Shown: positions 1 through 9,860 of the stretch, in pieces
Numbering within the stretch: the stretch's first letter is position 1
Layout of the letters: every line of letters begins with the position of its first letter
Source: Spirochaetia bacterium
GTDB taxonomy: Bacteria; Spirochaetota; Spirochaetia; SZUA-6; Bin103
DNA: 64,000 nucleotides
Direction: 5' to 3'
Assembly (NCBI GenBank): GCA_965198005.1
Contig: CBDAOI010000004.1
Coordinates: forward strand, 2,144,001 to 2,208,000
Position numbers and translations under genes: made by a program
Notes under the pieces: generated by a model
What the model was told of the DNA's origin: nothing
Database searches by the model: none
The model's input: only the letters and a program-made list of their open reading frames with translations

Positions 1-191
1 ACACCCCCTCGCCGCTCTCGATTCAGGATCCGGTAGACCCCCACCGGGTGACGCTGATCGAGCAATGGGAGTCCCCCGCGACGCTGGCCACGCATCTTCA
101 GGCACCACACATGAAGCAGTACGGGCCGCCCATGAACGAACTGCGTACCGGCGGCCTCACCGCCCGCGTCACCCGCCCGATCGACTCCTGA
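1..191 (+). CDS. Partial antibiotic biosynthesis monooxygenase (ABM/YgiN-like) protein, 3' end
   Basis: Frame 3 reads ...DPHRVTLIEQWESPATLATHLQAPHMKQY...IDS*; ExWxxxxxLxxHLxxPH is an ABM-family motif. Confidence 0.75.
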   Translation, partial: TPSPLSIQDPVDPHRVTLIEQWESPATLATHLQAPHMKQYGPPMNELRTGGLTARVTRPIDS

Positions 192-274
192 GAGATTCGC
201 CGGCCGCGCGCGCCCAACCCTCCGCCAGGGTACGACTGCGCCAACTGGCGGAACGCGTTGCCGGCGGCTATCTC

Positions 275-667
275 ATGCTGCTCCGCGTGAGCGCCGTGGT
301 GCTGATCGTGGCCGCGGCCGCGGCCGTGTGCGGGCTCATCATCGCCACGCCCTTGTGGCTGTTCGCGACTCGGGCCACCGCCTCTTACAACGTGTTCGTC
401 GCGGTCGTCGCGGTCGCCGCGCTGGGCGGGACGCTGGCTGTGCGCCTGGCGCGCCGTACGCGCCAGGCGCACAGCGGCCGCCGCGCATTGGTTTCCGGAG
501 CGCAGGTCCTGGCCCGCACGGTCGCGGCGATCGCAATTGCCTGCGCGCATCTGCTGGCCTTCACCCGCTGGGGGTTGATCGCTGGACTGGTGGGCCTGCC
601 GGTCACGCTCGGGGTGCTCGGGGTGCTCCTGTTCGGGGGCCGCCGTCCGCGCTCCGAGTCGTTCTGA
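275..667 (+). CDS. Hypothetical membrane protein (~4 TM)
   Basis: ATG at 275 within ORF 65..667; several hydrophobic segments. Confidence 0.65.
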   Translation: MLLRVSAVVLIVAAAAAVCGLIIATPLWLFATRATASYNVFVAVVAVAALGGTLAVRLARRTRQAHSGRRALVSGAQVLARTVAAIAIACAHLLAFTRWGLIAGLVGLPVTLGVLGVLLFGGRRPRSESF

Positions 668-685
668 GAAATCTGAGAATACTGC

Positions 686-715
686 TTGAACGCTTATCGG
701 AATGTTCGGTATAAT
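686..715 (+). promoter_or_regulatory. Sigma70-type promoter
   Basis: TTGAAC (686-691), 18 nt spacer, TATAAT (710-715). Confidence 0.7.
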
Positions 716-721
716 CGCTGG

Positions 722-912
722 TGACGAGCCGGAGGAGCGGTGGTGGTGCACTCGGCGGGTTCCGGGAAAGCCCACATCGTTGCTTCAGGTTTCGTCCATG
801 CTGTCGATAATTAGGGTGTCGGTAACAGCTATAGTTCCCCTCCCAGTTTACTATACTGATGTGCCGGCACCCGAAAGGGTAGGTCGGTCCCGTCCCGGGG
901 CCGACCTTTTTT
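722..912 (+). ncRNA. Candidate structured small RNA or leader (~190 nt), family not recognised
   Basis: Lies between a promoter and a terminator; hairpins at 723-796, 800-829, 830-855 (loop TCCCCTCCCAGTTT) and 869-880 (GAAA loop). Confidence 0.5.
881..912 (+). terminator. Intrinsic terminator
   Basis: AGGTCGGTCCC...GGGGCCGACCT stem-loop followed by a T-tract. Confidence 0.75.
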
Positions 913-913
913 A

Positions 914-3454
914 TTGCCGCTGCCACCGGCTCGGGCGCCCGGCAGGAGCGCTGTGCGCGTGACGCGTTCGCCGTGGCGGGTGGTGGTGTTCGCCGCCTGC
1001 ACGCTCGCAGCCGCCGGGGTGGGCGCACTGCTCGGGCTTGCGCTCGCCACCACGTCCAACATTCGCGGCCTCGACGAACCGGACCGGCCGGCGCTGCCGG
1101 CCCGGATTCTGGACCGGCACGGCCGGTTGATCACGGAGTTCTTTCGCGACGAAAAGCGGGAGATCATTCGCATCGAGGAGATCCCGCCACACTTGGTCCA
1201 CGCACTGCTGACCCGCGAAGACCGCCACTTCTTCCGGCATCGCGGGTTCCGGATTCCCGACATCGTTCGCGCTGCCTGGCATCTGGCAACCGGCCAGTTT
1301 CGCTCCGGGGCCTCCACCATTACCCAACAACTGGCCGGTTCCCTGTATGCCGACCGTAGCGAATTCTCGATTCGGCGCAAGCTGGTCGAGCTGTGGTGGG
1401 CCATTCAACTGGAGCGCTGGCTGACCAAGAACGAGATCCTGGAGCGCTATCTCAATCTGGTGTACTTCGGGAAAGGCACGCACGGCGTGGAGGCCGCTTC
1501 CCAGTTCTACTTCAAGCACTCGGCGCGCGAGGTGACCCTGGCCGAAAGCGCGATGCTGGTCATCCAGCTCAACCGGCCCGGCGGAAACTCACCCATCAAC
1601 TACCCGAACCGGGCCCGGCCACTGCAACTGGAGATTCTGAATCAGATGGTCGACCTGGGTTACGCCACGCGCGAACGGGCGGAGCTGTCCTTTCAACAGT
1701 ATTGGGACAGCTACGACTTCACGCGGTCGAACCAGGCCACGGCGTTTGTCGAACGTGAGGACGCCGCTCCCTACTTCAGCGAGTACGTCCGCCAGCAGCT
1801 TGACGAGTTGCTGCTGGGGTCGATGGACGTCTACGAAGAGGGATTGATCGTGCACACCACGCTCGACCTGGACTACCAGCGGGCCGCCCGCGGCACCCTC
1901 GCCCGCCACCTGCGGCGCGTCAACGACACCCGTGCCGCTCAAGCCGGCAGCCGGCTCAGGACCGCCGACCGCAGCTTTCTGCCGGTGCTCGACCTGCTGT
2001 CGCTCACCTTCAACGTCGAACAGATCCGTATCGCCGGCGTACGCGAACGCAAACAGGGTGTCGCCCGATTCGTCGATGGTATGGCGCCGACCCTCGACCT
2101 GCTCGGCATGATGCTGAACGCGGACGAACTGCGGTTCGTCTCTCAGGTCGCCTACCAGCGCGGCGAGCGGGACGCGCAGCGCACTCAGGTTGAGGCTGCG
2201 CTGGTGTCGCTCGATCCACGCACCGGCCACATCCTGGCCATGGTGGGTGGGAGCAAGTTCGAGACCGGCAACCAGTTCAACCGCGCCACCCAGGCGAAGC
2301 TGCAGCCGGGATCCGCCTTCAAGCCGTTGTACTACTCGGCAGCGATCAGTTCACGCCGCTTTACGCCCGCGTCGATGATCCTCGACGCGCCGGTCGTGTT
2401 CCGCAACGACGACGGCACCAACTACATTCCCTTGAACTACAAGGGCGAGTGGCAGGGGCGCGTCCTGTTGCGCCGGGCGCTGGCGAAGTCAATGAACGTT
2501 CCGTCGCTCAAGGTGCTCGACGAGATCGGTTTCGACGCCGCGATCGACCGTGCCAGCCGCATGCTCGGGATCACCGACCCGGAACAAGTCGAAGCCACGT
2601 TCCCGCGCAAGTACCCACTCGGGCTTGGCGTGATCGCCGTCTCGCCGCTGCAGATGGCGCGCGCCTACGCCACCTTCGCCAACCAGGGCAAGGCGGTGAC
2701 CCCGCTGGCGATTCAGTACATTGCCGATCGCCACGGCCGGGTGCTGCTGGAGGTGGAAAAGGAACTGCGCGCGCGGCAGAAGCTGGATCAGGACGAGTTG
2801 AGAATCATGACCCCGCAGGTGGCCTATATCATGACCGACATTCTCCGGAGCACCGTGGAGTGGGGTACGCTGCGCTGGGCGCGTGAACAGGCGGGAGGCT
2901 TCGACACCGCCATCGCCGGCAAGACCGGGACCACGCAGAACTGGTCGGATGCCTGGACCGTCGGCTTCAATCCCCGGGTCGTCACCGCGCTCTGGATGGG
3001 GTTCGATGAACGCGGAGAGACGTTGGGATTGTCGCTCACCGGCGCCACCGCCACGGGGCCGGCGTGGGCGCAGTACATGAAGGCGATCCAGCCGCAGGGA
3101 AACCTGCGGTTCAGTCGCCCCGACACCGGCTTGATCGAAGTCACCGTGAACGCCCGTTCGGGCCTGCTGCCCGCGGGCACCCCCGGCGAGGAGATAATTA
3201 CGGAACTGTTTCTGATCGGCACCGATCCCAAGGAGCGTGACGCCTTGGCGAGTCTCGAAACCGCCCGGCGGGAAACCGTCAAGCAGAACATTCGCAACGC
3301 GTTGCTCACGATCGATCTCGGCCCCGCGCCTCGAATCGAGCCCGTGGCGCTTCCGGCCGGGGTGGCGACGGCGCTCCCGTCAAGTGGTACATTGGACCAG
3401 GGAGCCGGCACCCCGGCACCGGCCCGGCCGGGGTCCAATCCCCTGATCGACTGA
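914..3454 (+). CDS. mrcA: Class A penicillin-binding protein (PBP1A family); true start possibly GTG ~959
   Basis: Transglycosylase motifs EDRHF, GASTITQQL, RKLVE, YLNLVYFG; transpeptidase SAFK, SMN, KTG. Confidence 0.93.
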   Translation: MPLPPARAPGRSAVRVTRSPWRVVVFAACTLAAAGVGALLGLALATTSNIRGLDEPDRPALPARILDRHGRLITEFFRDEKREIIRIEEIPPHLVHALLTREDRHFFRHRGFRIPDIVRAAWHLATGQFRSGASTITQQLAGSLYADRSEFSIRRKLVELWWAIQLERWLTKNEILERYLNLVYFGKGTHGVEAASQFYFKHSAREVTLAESAMLVIQLNRPGGNSPINYPNRARPLQLEILNQMVDLGYATRERAELSFQQYWDSYDFTRSNQATAFVEREDAAPYFSEYVRQQLDELLLGSMDVYEEGLIVHTTLDLDYQRAARGTLARHLRRVNDTRAAQAGSRLRTADRSFLPVLDLLSLTFNVEQIRIAGVRERKQGVARFVDGMAPTLDLLGMMLNADELRFVSQVAYQRGERDAQRTQVEAALVSLDPRTGHILAMVGGSKFETGNQFNRATQAKLQPGSAFKPLYYSAAISSRRFTPASMILDAPVVFRNDDGTNYIPLNYKGEWQGRVLLRRALAKSMNVPSLKVLDEIGFDAAIDRASRMLGITDPEQVEATFPRKYPLGLGVIAVSPLQMARAYATFANQGKAVTPLAIQYIADRHGRVLLEVEKELRARQKLDQDELRIMTPQVAYIMTDILRSTVEWGTLRWAREQAGGFDTAIAGKTGTTQNWSDAWTVGFNPRVVTALWMGFDERGETLGLSLTGATATGPAWAQYMKAIQPQGNLRFSRPDTGLIEVTVNARSGLLPAGTPGEEIITELFLIGTDPKERDALASLETARRETVKQNIRNALLTIDLGPAPRIEPVALPAGVATALPSSGTLDQGAGTPAPARPGSNPLID

Positions 3455-3465
3455 TCGAGCATCGT

Positions 3466-3864
3466 ATGGAACTGCGCTACACACACGATCATCAATGGGT
3501 CCGGCACGACGGGTCGGCGCCGGCCATGCCCATGCAAGTCACCGTGGGCCTGTCCGACTTCGCCCAACAGGAGTTGGGAGAGATCGCACATCTCGATCTG
3601 CCCCGGGTGGGCGCCCGGGTCGAACGCGGTCAGGTGGTGTGCGCAATCGAATCGCTGAAGTCGGCCAGCGAGCTGTATGCTCCGGCAACCGGCGTGGTAG
3701 TGGCTGCCAACCGGGATCTGACGACCGCCGCGGGGCGCACCCTGATCAATCGGGACCCGCTCGGGGCGGGCTGGATCTTCCGGCTCGAGCTGGCCGATCC
3801 CGCCGAGCTCGAGCAGCTGCTGTCGGCCCGCGACTACGCCCGCATGACGGCCTCCGAGCCGTAG
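3466..3864 (+). CDS. gcvH: Glycine cleavage system H protein
   Basis: YTHDHQW, GLSDFAQQELG, lipoyl-Lys IESLKSASELYAP, INRDPLGAGWIF. Confidence 0.9.
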   Translation: MELRYTHDHQWVRHDGSAPAMPMQVTVGLSDFAQQELGEIAHLDLPRVGARVERGQVVCAIESLKSASELYAPATGVVVAANRDLTTAAGRTLINRDPLGAGWIFRLELADPAELEQLLSARDYARMTASEP

Positions 3865-3872
3865 GCGCCGGC

Positions 3873-4313
3873 ATGAGCGGTCCCGTCCTGTCGGTCCCCA
3901 TCGGCTCGATCGTGGTGGGTAAGCGCATCCGCATCGATCTCGGCGATCTGGCACCGCTCATGGACAGTCTGCGCACCCATGGCCAGCTCAGCCCGATTCT
4001 GCTTACCCATGATCTGGAGCTGATCGCCGGCCACCGCCGGCTGGAGTCGGCGCGCCGCCTCGGCTGGACCAGCATCGACGCGATCCTGATGGACGACGTG
4101 GGCGAGTTGCGGGCGCTCGAGCTCGAGATCGAAGAGAATCTGCAGCGGCGCCAGCTCAGCGAGGAGGAACTGGCCGCGGCGCTCATCCGCCTGGATGGAC
4201 TGAAACGGGGAAGCTGGCCGCGGCGTGTGCTGCGCGGCCTTGGCGCGGTGTTCGGCCCGTGGCTCGAGGCCATGCGGCGCAGCCTGCGGCGGCTCCGGCG
4301 GCGGCGCGGCTGA
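3873..4313 (+). CDS. Short ParB N-terminal (Srx-like) domain protein
   Basis: LMDSLRTHGQLSPI, LIAGHRRL, EENLQRRQLS; ATG at 3873. Confidence 0.85.
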   Translation: MSGPVLSVPIGSIVVGKRIRIDLGDLAPLMDSLRTHGQLSPILLTHDLELIAGHRRLESARRLGWTSIDAILMDDVGELRALELEIEENLQRRQLSEEELAAALIRLDGLKRGSWPRRVLRGLGAVFGPWLEAMRRSLRRLRRRRG

Positions 4314-4329
4314 CCCGGTGCCGCGCCGG

Positions 4330-6036
4330 TCAGCGGCCGACACCGTGCAGGAGCTGCTCCCGCGTAACCGTCAACCAGAGCGGCCGCCCGTGCGGGCAAT
4401 GCTGGAGGTCGATGGCGAACGAACGCCGCAGGATCTCGCGCGCGGCGCCTGCGTCCAGCACTTCGCCATCCTTGACCGCCAGCTTGCAGGCCACGTTCGC
4501 GAACGCCGCGCGTTGCAGGTCGGCAGTGACACCGCGCAGTCCCGCTACGTGGGCGGCCAGCCAGTCGGCCGGGAGCTGGTGCAACGGTTCCGCCAGGGCC
4601 ACGATCCGCGCCGACCTCCCCTCCCCGGCCGCCGCTTCCACCACGATGCCGAGCTCCTCCAGCCGCGCGCAGGCCGCCTGCAGCGCCTCGACCTCGTCCT
4701 GGTTCAACTCCAACTCGATCGGCAGCAGCAGCCGTTGGATCGGAAACGCACGCCGGCACAGGTCCTCGTACAGGACCCGTTCGTGGGCCGCGTGCTGATC
4801 GACGAAGTACAGCTTCCCGCCGATCTCCACCAGCAGGAACACGCCCAGCGCCTGCCCGAGGTAGTGCAGGTCGTCACCGGCGGTCTCCGGCGGCTCGGCG
4901 GCGAACGCCGCCGGTACGGCGGGCGCACCCGATACGGCGGGCGCAGCCGCCGGTTCCGGCGCGGGGCGCGCGGGCGCGGCCGCCGGGGGCGGTGCACCCG
5001 CGGGCGCGGGGCTGAAGCTCGCGCGCGCCCCCGGGGCCGCCAGCGGCGACCGGTTCCCGAACCGGGGAGTCAGCTCCTGCGCGACGCGCGCCACCGCCTG
5101 ATGCAGCGGCGGCAGATGCCGAAACCGGACTTCGCGCTTGGCGGGATGGACGTTGAAGTCCACCAGGTGGGGAACGATCTCCACGAACAGGCACGCGACC
5201 GGATGGCGGCCGCCCGGCACGATCCCGGCGTAGCCGTACTCGACCGCCTGCAGCAGCGCGTACTCCTGGATCCGGCGCCGGTTGACGAACACCTGCAGCC
5301 GGGTGCGATCGCGGCCGGCCAGCTCGGGGCGGGCGCCGATGACCGTGATCGCGAAGTCGGCGAAGGTGCGTTCCGCGCTGGCCAGGTCACCGGGATCGAC
5401 GCGGTTGCCCAGCGCGTCCGCTACCCGCTGCAGCGGCGTGGTGGCAGGCAACACCAGGCTCACCGCGCCATCCGCCGCGAACCGAAAGGTCACCTGCGGA
5501 TGGGCGAGAGCCTTCTCCAGCATTGCGCGCCGGCACATCGCGGTCTCGGCACCGGGACGACGCAGGAACCGCCGGCGCGCGGGCAGATCCGCGAACAACC
5601 GGGTCACCTGCACCCGCGTACCCGCGGCCGCGGGGACACTGCCGATCCGGCGCCGCGCACCGGCAGCCACCAGCCGCGACGCGTGCGCCGCATCCGCGCT
5701 GCGCGTGGTCAACTCCAGCCGCGCGCAGGCTGCAATGCTGGCCAGTGCCTCGCCGCGAAACCCCAGCGTGGTGAGGCGCTCCAGATCGTGCTCGGTGGAG
5801 ATCTTGGAGGTGGCGTGGCGCAGGGCAACCCGCTCGAGGTCGGCGCGGGCGATGCCGTGCCCGTCGTCGCGGACCGCCACCAGCCCGAGCCCGCCCGACT
5901 CCACCTCCACCTCGATCCGACCGGCACCGGCGTCGAGCGCGTTGTCCAGCAGCTCGCGCACGATCGAGTACGGCCGGTCGATGACCTCGCCGGCGGCTAT
6001 TATCCCCGCAACCTGCTGGTCGAGGAGCCGAATCAC
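4330..6036 (-). CDS. mutL: DNA mismatch repair endonuclease MutL
   Basis: IAAGEVIDRP, ELLDNALDAGA, GFRGEAL, DQHAAHERVLYE, CPHGRP. Confidence 0.95.
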   Translation of the reverse strand: MIRLLDQQVAGIIAAGEVIDRPYSIVRELLDNALDAGAGRIEVEVESGGLGLVAVRDDGHGIARADLERVALRHATSKISTEHDLERLTTLGFRGEALASIAACARLELTTRSADAAHASRLVAAGARRRIGSVPAAAGTRVQVTRLFADLPARRRFLRRPGAETAMCRRAMLEKALAHPQVTFRFAADGAVSLVLPATTPLQRVADALGNRVDPGDLASAERTFADFAITVIGARPELAGRDRTRLQVFVNRRRIQEYALLQAVEYGYAGIVPGGRHPVACLFVEIVPHLVDFNVHPAKREVRFRHLPPLHQAVARVAQELTPRFGNRSPLAAPGARASFSPAPAGAPPPAAAPARPAPEPAAAPAVSGAPAVPAAFAAEPPETAGDDLHYLGQALGVFLLVEIGGKLYFVDQHAAHERVLYEDLCRRAFPIQRLLLPIELELNQDEVEALQAACARLEELGIVVEAAAGEGRSARIVALAEPLHQLPADWLAAHVAGLRGVTADLQRAAFANVACKLAVKDGEVLDAGAAREILRRSFAIDLQHCPHGRPLWLTVTREQLLHGVGR

Positions 6037-7397
6037 CAGAGCGTCACCATGCTCTCGATGCCGGAGCTGATCACGGGAGCGCCGTCCCCGTCCCTCAGCC
6101 GACTGTAGACGTAGGAGAGCACTACCGGACCGAACTGGTAGTTGACGCGCGCCCGGATGACGCTGGCGGTCTCGGCGATCATCAGGGCGCGCAGCCAGCC
6201 GCGACTGCGGGCGTTGGCGGGGTCGACGGTCTGGTCGTAGGTGAGGTCGAAGCTCAGGCCGCCGACGATGCCGGCGGGGAGGAACCCGCGGGCACGCAGG
6301 TGGGCGTACCCGCTGGCGGGACCCGGCTTCTCGGAGAGCTCGAACGGGCCGTCGAGGCTCAGGCTGACGCCGGCCCCGCTATCCAGGCGGATCCCCACCT
6401 GCGCCAGCCACCCCAGGTGGCCCAGCCGGTCCGGTTCGTCCTCCTTCTCCTCCTGCACCCGCAACGCCTCGTAGTTCCGCCGGCGCACGGTGTCGTAGGC
6501 GGGACCGAAGTAGCCGGGAATGAAGTTGTACGAGTGGTACCGGAGCTGGGCCCGCCAGTCGAACCAGGCCACCTTGCCGTCCAGGCCGATCGCCCCGCCG
6601 GTCGGTATCTTGGCCCGGTTGCTCCCGTGGTGGCTCCCGTGGAGCTGCGCCCCGTCCAGGAGCGCGGCCACCGACACCGGCCCGGTGTAGAGCAGCGGCA
6701 CCCGCAGGTCGATGCCGTAGCCCGCCACCCGCCCATCTTCCGCCGGCATGCGGTCGAACACGTAGGCCGCGCCGATCAGGATCTGCTGCAGGAACAGGCT
6801 GTCGCCGAGACTGAACGGACGGACGTACACCCGCGTGCCGATCAGGTCGAACGCGACGAGGTTGCCCACGAACAGTTGCGTGCCGAGGAACGGGACCCCC
6901 ACCAGCTCGCCATCCAGACCCACCTCGCCGCCGAACACCCGGCGGCGCGCCAGGAACAGCGTGTTGGCGTAGTGGTCGACGATGAAGCCGTTGCCGAAGG
7001 TGACGCCCTCGATCGAGCCGAACTGGAGGTACAGCGGGGCGCCGCGCTCGGCCCAGCGCAGGTACACGATCTTGGTCAGGTAGACGTCCAGGAACCGGCG
7101 CTCAGGCGTGGGCACCCAATCCGCGCGGCGGATCTCCACACCCCCTTCCGTGAGAATGCGGAAGTGGAGATCGAGATCCAGGCCCAGCGCGAACGGGCCG
7201 ACGCCGAAGTGCGGCAGCAGCGACAGCCGCTGGTAGGCGTGCTCGTCACTGAGAAAGAACTCGGTGCCCATGCCGAGACCGAGTCCGAACTCCAGGCGGG
7301 GCGCCAGCTCCTGGGCACCGGCCCGCGCCACGCCGGCGAGCGCCGCCAGCAGCGTCCAGAGGGCGATTGCGCTATACTTGCGCACGGTACGGCGCAT
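6033..7397 (-). CDS. Exported protein, probably beta-rich/outer-membrane
   Basis: Signal-peptide-like N-terminus from ATG 7397; alternating beta-strand pattern; C-terminal Trp; stop overlaps mutL start. Confidence 0.7.
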   Translation of the reverse strand: MRRTVRKYSAIALWTLLAALAGVARAGAQELAPRLEFGLGLGMGTEFFLSDEHAYQRLSLLPHFGVGPFALGLDLDLHFRILTEGGVEIRRADWVPTPERRFLDVYLTKIVYLRWAERGAPLYLQFGSIEGVTFGNGFIVDHYANTLFLARRRVFGGEVGLDGELVGVPFLGTQLFVGNLVAFDLIGTRVYVRPFSLGDSLFLQQILIGAAYVFDRMPAEDGRVAGYGIDLRVPLLYTGPVSVAALLDGAQLHGSHHGSNRAKIPTGGAIGLDGKVAWFDWRAQLRYHSYNFIPGYFGPAYDTVRRRNYEALRVQEEKEDEPDRLGHLGWLAQVGIRLDSGAGVSLSLDGPFELSEKPGPASGYAHLRARGFLPAGIVGGLSFDLTYDQTVDPANARSRGWLRALMIAETASVIRARVNYQFGPVVLSYVYSRLRDGDGAPVISSGIESMVTLW

Positions 7398-7683
7398 GGT
7401 GGTGTCGATGCTGCATCTGGTGGTCGATCTGCCAGGCGTGGGGTCCCTGAAGGAGAAACGGCGCGCCCTGGGCTCGCTCAAGGACCGCATTCGCGGCAAG
7501 TTCAAGGTGTCCGTGGCCGAAGTCGGCGGCAACGACCTGTGGCACGTGGCCGAGATCGGCTGTGCGGTCGTGTCCAATTCACATACCCACGGCGAGACGG
7601 TGCTGCACAAGATCGTCGCCTTCGCCGAGCACAACCTTGCGTTTCCGATTCGCAGCGCCCACGTGTTCTCCGAGCACTACTGA
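7396..7683 (+). CDS. DUF503 (YlxP-like) protein
   Basis: SLKEKRR, KFKVSVAEVGGNDLW, IGCAVVSN. Confidence 0.88.
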   Translation: MVVSMLHLVVDLPGVGSLKEKRRALGSLKDRIRGKFKVSVAEVGGNDLWHVAEIGCAVVSNSHTHGETVLHKIVAFAEHNLAFPIRSAHVFSEHY

Positions 7684-7838
7684 CCGGACCGGCGGCGGCA
7701 CTCCGGTCGTGCCGTCCCTGCGAGACCGGTTCGGCGTGGCGCACACCCGGCATTGAACCGTTCGCCGGTACCAGCGTCAAATACCCCGCCTGCTGCCCTG
7801 CTGCGCCCGGCGCCGTGCGAGCTTGCCGCCGGCGCCGG

Positions 7839-9140
7839 TCATCCGCGGCCACCGAGCAGCTCGCGGCCGAGCCCGGCCGCGGCGCGCAGCAGTCGCGGAT
7901 CGCGCCGCGTGATCAACGCGATGGCGCGCAGCCGGCCGCGGAAACCGGACACCACCGCGCCCGTGAATACCGTCGCGGAATCGATCAGCGCGGCCGCCGG
8001 CCGTCCCGGTTCCGCGCCGGAGTGATCGACCACGGTCAGATCGACGTCGAACGTCACCGGTTCGGGCAGGTCGACGATCACCTCGGCCGCGTCCACGGCG
8101 CCGCCGGTGGCACGCGCCAGCTCGGCCGCCAGCCGCTGCTCCACCTCCAGGCGCGCGGCCGGCGTCTCGAGGGCGCGATGGGTAGGACAGTCGGGGTCGT
8201 AGGGCACCGCGTACGCCCGCCGCAGCAGGTCACGCCGAAACACCCGCTCCGCCAGATCGAACGGCGCAACGCTGCGTTCCCTCAGCAGCCGGCGAAACCC
8301 CTCGTCGTCCAGCCCGTACAGTTCCCGGGGCTCAAGCCGCCCCGCGCGCAGCCCGAGCAGCACTGCCTTCTTGATCATCGCCGTCGCCACCCGCACCGTC
8401 TTGTGCCAGTACACGGTACGGTACATCAGGTACCGCGAAAACAGGATGCTCTCCACCGCCGGCAGTCCATTGGCGGAGATCGCCATGCCGCCGGCGCGCA
8501 GGCACAACTCGCCCAGGACGAAGTCGGTATCCTGGATCCCGTACGGTACGCCACAGTAGTAGGCATCGCGGTTCAGATAGTCCAGCTTGTCCGGATCGAG
8601 CACCCCCGACAACATCGTGCGGAACCGTGCCACCTCGCTGCCGGCGGGAATCGGCCGGCTCTCATCGACGATTGCCGCCACCAGCGCGGGATCGACGCCC
8701 ACGTCTTCACGGATGGTTCGCGCCGCGTCCCGATCGCCGAGTATCCACTCGGCTGTCAGTCGTTCATGAGCGCACACCTCGAGATCCTTCAACGAGTGCG
8801 CAAACGGATAGTGCCCGACGTCGTGTACCAACGCCGCGCACAGAAACGCAGCCGCTTCCTCGACCGACGGGCGCCAGTCCGGAGTGGCGCGCAGTAGCTG
8901 AATGAGCATTCGGCGCGCGAGATGGAGCACGCCGAGGCTGTGGCTGAAGCGGGTGTGGGTGGCTCCCGGGTACACCAGGTAGGCCGGCCCCAGTTGCTTG
9001 ATACCGCGCAACTGTTGGAACGCGGGCGTCCGAATCAGGCGCAGCAACGGCCGGGACACCTCGACGTGACGCCACAGGGGATCCCGGATCGGTTGATCGT
9101 ATGCCTCCCGCGCGTACTCCAGTGCCGGTCTGCTCGCCAT
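7839..9140 (-). CDS. HD-domain phosphohydrolase (YwfO/SAMHD1-like dNTPase family)
   Basis: FQQLRGIKQLG, YPGATHTRFSHSLG, HDVGHYPFAH, DPDKLDYLNRD. Confidence 0.9.
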   Translation of the reverse strand: MASRPALEYAREAYDQPIRDPLWRHVEVSRPLLRLIRTPAFQQLRGIKQLGPAYLVYPGATHTRFSHSLGVLHLARRMLIQLLRATPDWRPSVEEAAAFLCAALVHDVGHYPFAHSLKDLEVCAHERLTAEWILGDRDAARTIREDVGVDPALVAAIVDESRPIPAGSEVARFRTMLSGVLDPDKLDYLNRDAYYCGVPYGIQDTDFVLGELCLRAGGMAISANGLPAVESILFSRYLMYRTVYWHKTVRVATAMIKKAVLLGLRAGRLEPRELYGLDDEGFRRLLRERSVAPFDLAERVFRRDLLRRAYAVPYDPDCPTHRALETPAARLEVEQRLAAELARATGGAVDAAEVIVDLPEPVTFDVDLTVVDHSGAEPGRPAAALIDSATVFTGAVVSGFRGRLRAIALITRRDPRLLRAAAGLGRELLGGRG

Positions 9141-9215
9141 CCGCGGCCGCCGCGCCTATTGTACGGGGGCGCCGCCGATTTGACCAATGGGGACCGGCAC
9201 GGCACCTTCTCAGTA

Positions 9216-9860
9216 ATGACGTCAGTAATGACCGTTTCCCGCGCGCACGGATGGTTCCTGGCCCTGGCAGTGCTCGCCGCCTGGGGCGCGGCGGGGTGCG
9301 CGCGCGGCGGCGACGACCCCGCCGCCGGCACGCAGGAGCCCGCGCCGCCCGCGTCCGAATCCGCGGCCGGCGACGGCGCCGGCGCGCTGCCGCGCGCCGC
9401 CCAGCCTGAAGCCACCTTTCTGCAGCACCGCAGTACCCGAACCATGCCGCATGACTTCAGCATCGGCCGGCTGCACGATCGGCTGGCCGGTCGCGCCGCC
9501 GTAACCGAGACCGTGACGCGCTTCTTTGTCAGCCTGGCCGCCGGCACGATCGAGACCCGGCTCATCGCCGCCGATCGGCGCCGGAGCCTGACCGGTGCAT
9601 TGCGGCCGCACCTGGCGGCCGGCCACCTTCCCCAAGCGCTCCGGATCGGCACGCTCGCGGTAGCGGGCGACACCGCGCATGCCGCTATTCGGCTGTTCGG
9701 CCAACCGGGCCGCGCCGCCGGCGAGGTCTACCTCGCCCGCACCGCGCAGGGATGGCGCATCGCAGACCTCCAGATCGACCTGCAGCAGCTCGGCGTGCCG
9801 TACGCCGCCGCCGAGAGAGAGTTTCGCCCGCGCCGCGACCGCTGGATTCTGGTGCGCTGA
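9216..9860 (+). CDS. Putative lipoprotein
   Basis: Hydrophobic N-terminus ending WGAAGC (lipobox-like). Confidence 0.65.
   Translation: MTSVMTVSRAHGWFLALAVLAAWGAAGCARGGDDPAAGTQEPAPPASESAAGDGAGALPRAAQPEATFLQHRSTRTMPHDFSIGRLHDRLAGRAAVTETVTRFFVSLAAGTIETRLIAADRRRSLTGALRPHLAAGHLPQALRIGTLAVAGDTAHAAIRLFGQPGRAAGEVYLARTAQGWRIADLQIDLQQLGVPYAAAEREFRPRRDRWILVR

Noticed and set aside
722-880. SRP RNA or c-di-AMP/c-di-GMP/glycine/SAM riboswitch
   Set aside because: Conserved cores of these families were not found by eye
702-962. 86-aa ORF
   Set aside because: Starts inside the promoter, crosses the terminator, has no RBS and atypical codon usage
3466-3864. Complete glycine cleavage operon
   Set aside because: Only gcvH is present; the GcvT-like genes at 52-59 kb belong to other subfamilies and there is no gcvP
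4225-8897. Long antisense/alternative ORFs (4225..6108, 6300..8897; also 24632..27295, 34494..36509, 46293..48347)
   Set aside because: Shadow ORFs of real genes in high-GC DNA; Arg/Pro/Gly-rich with no motifs
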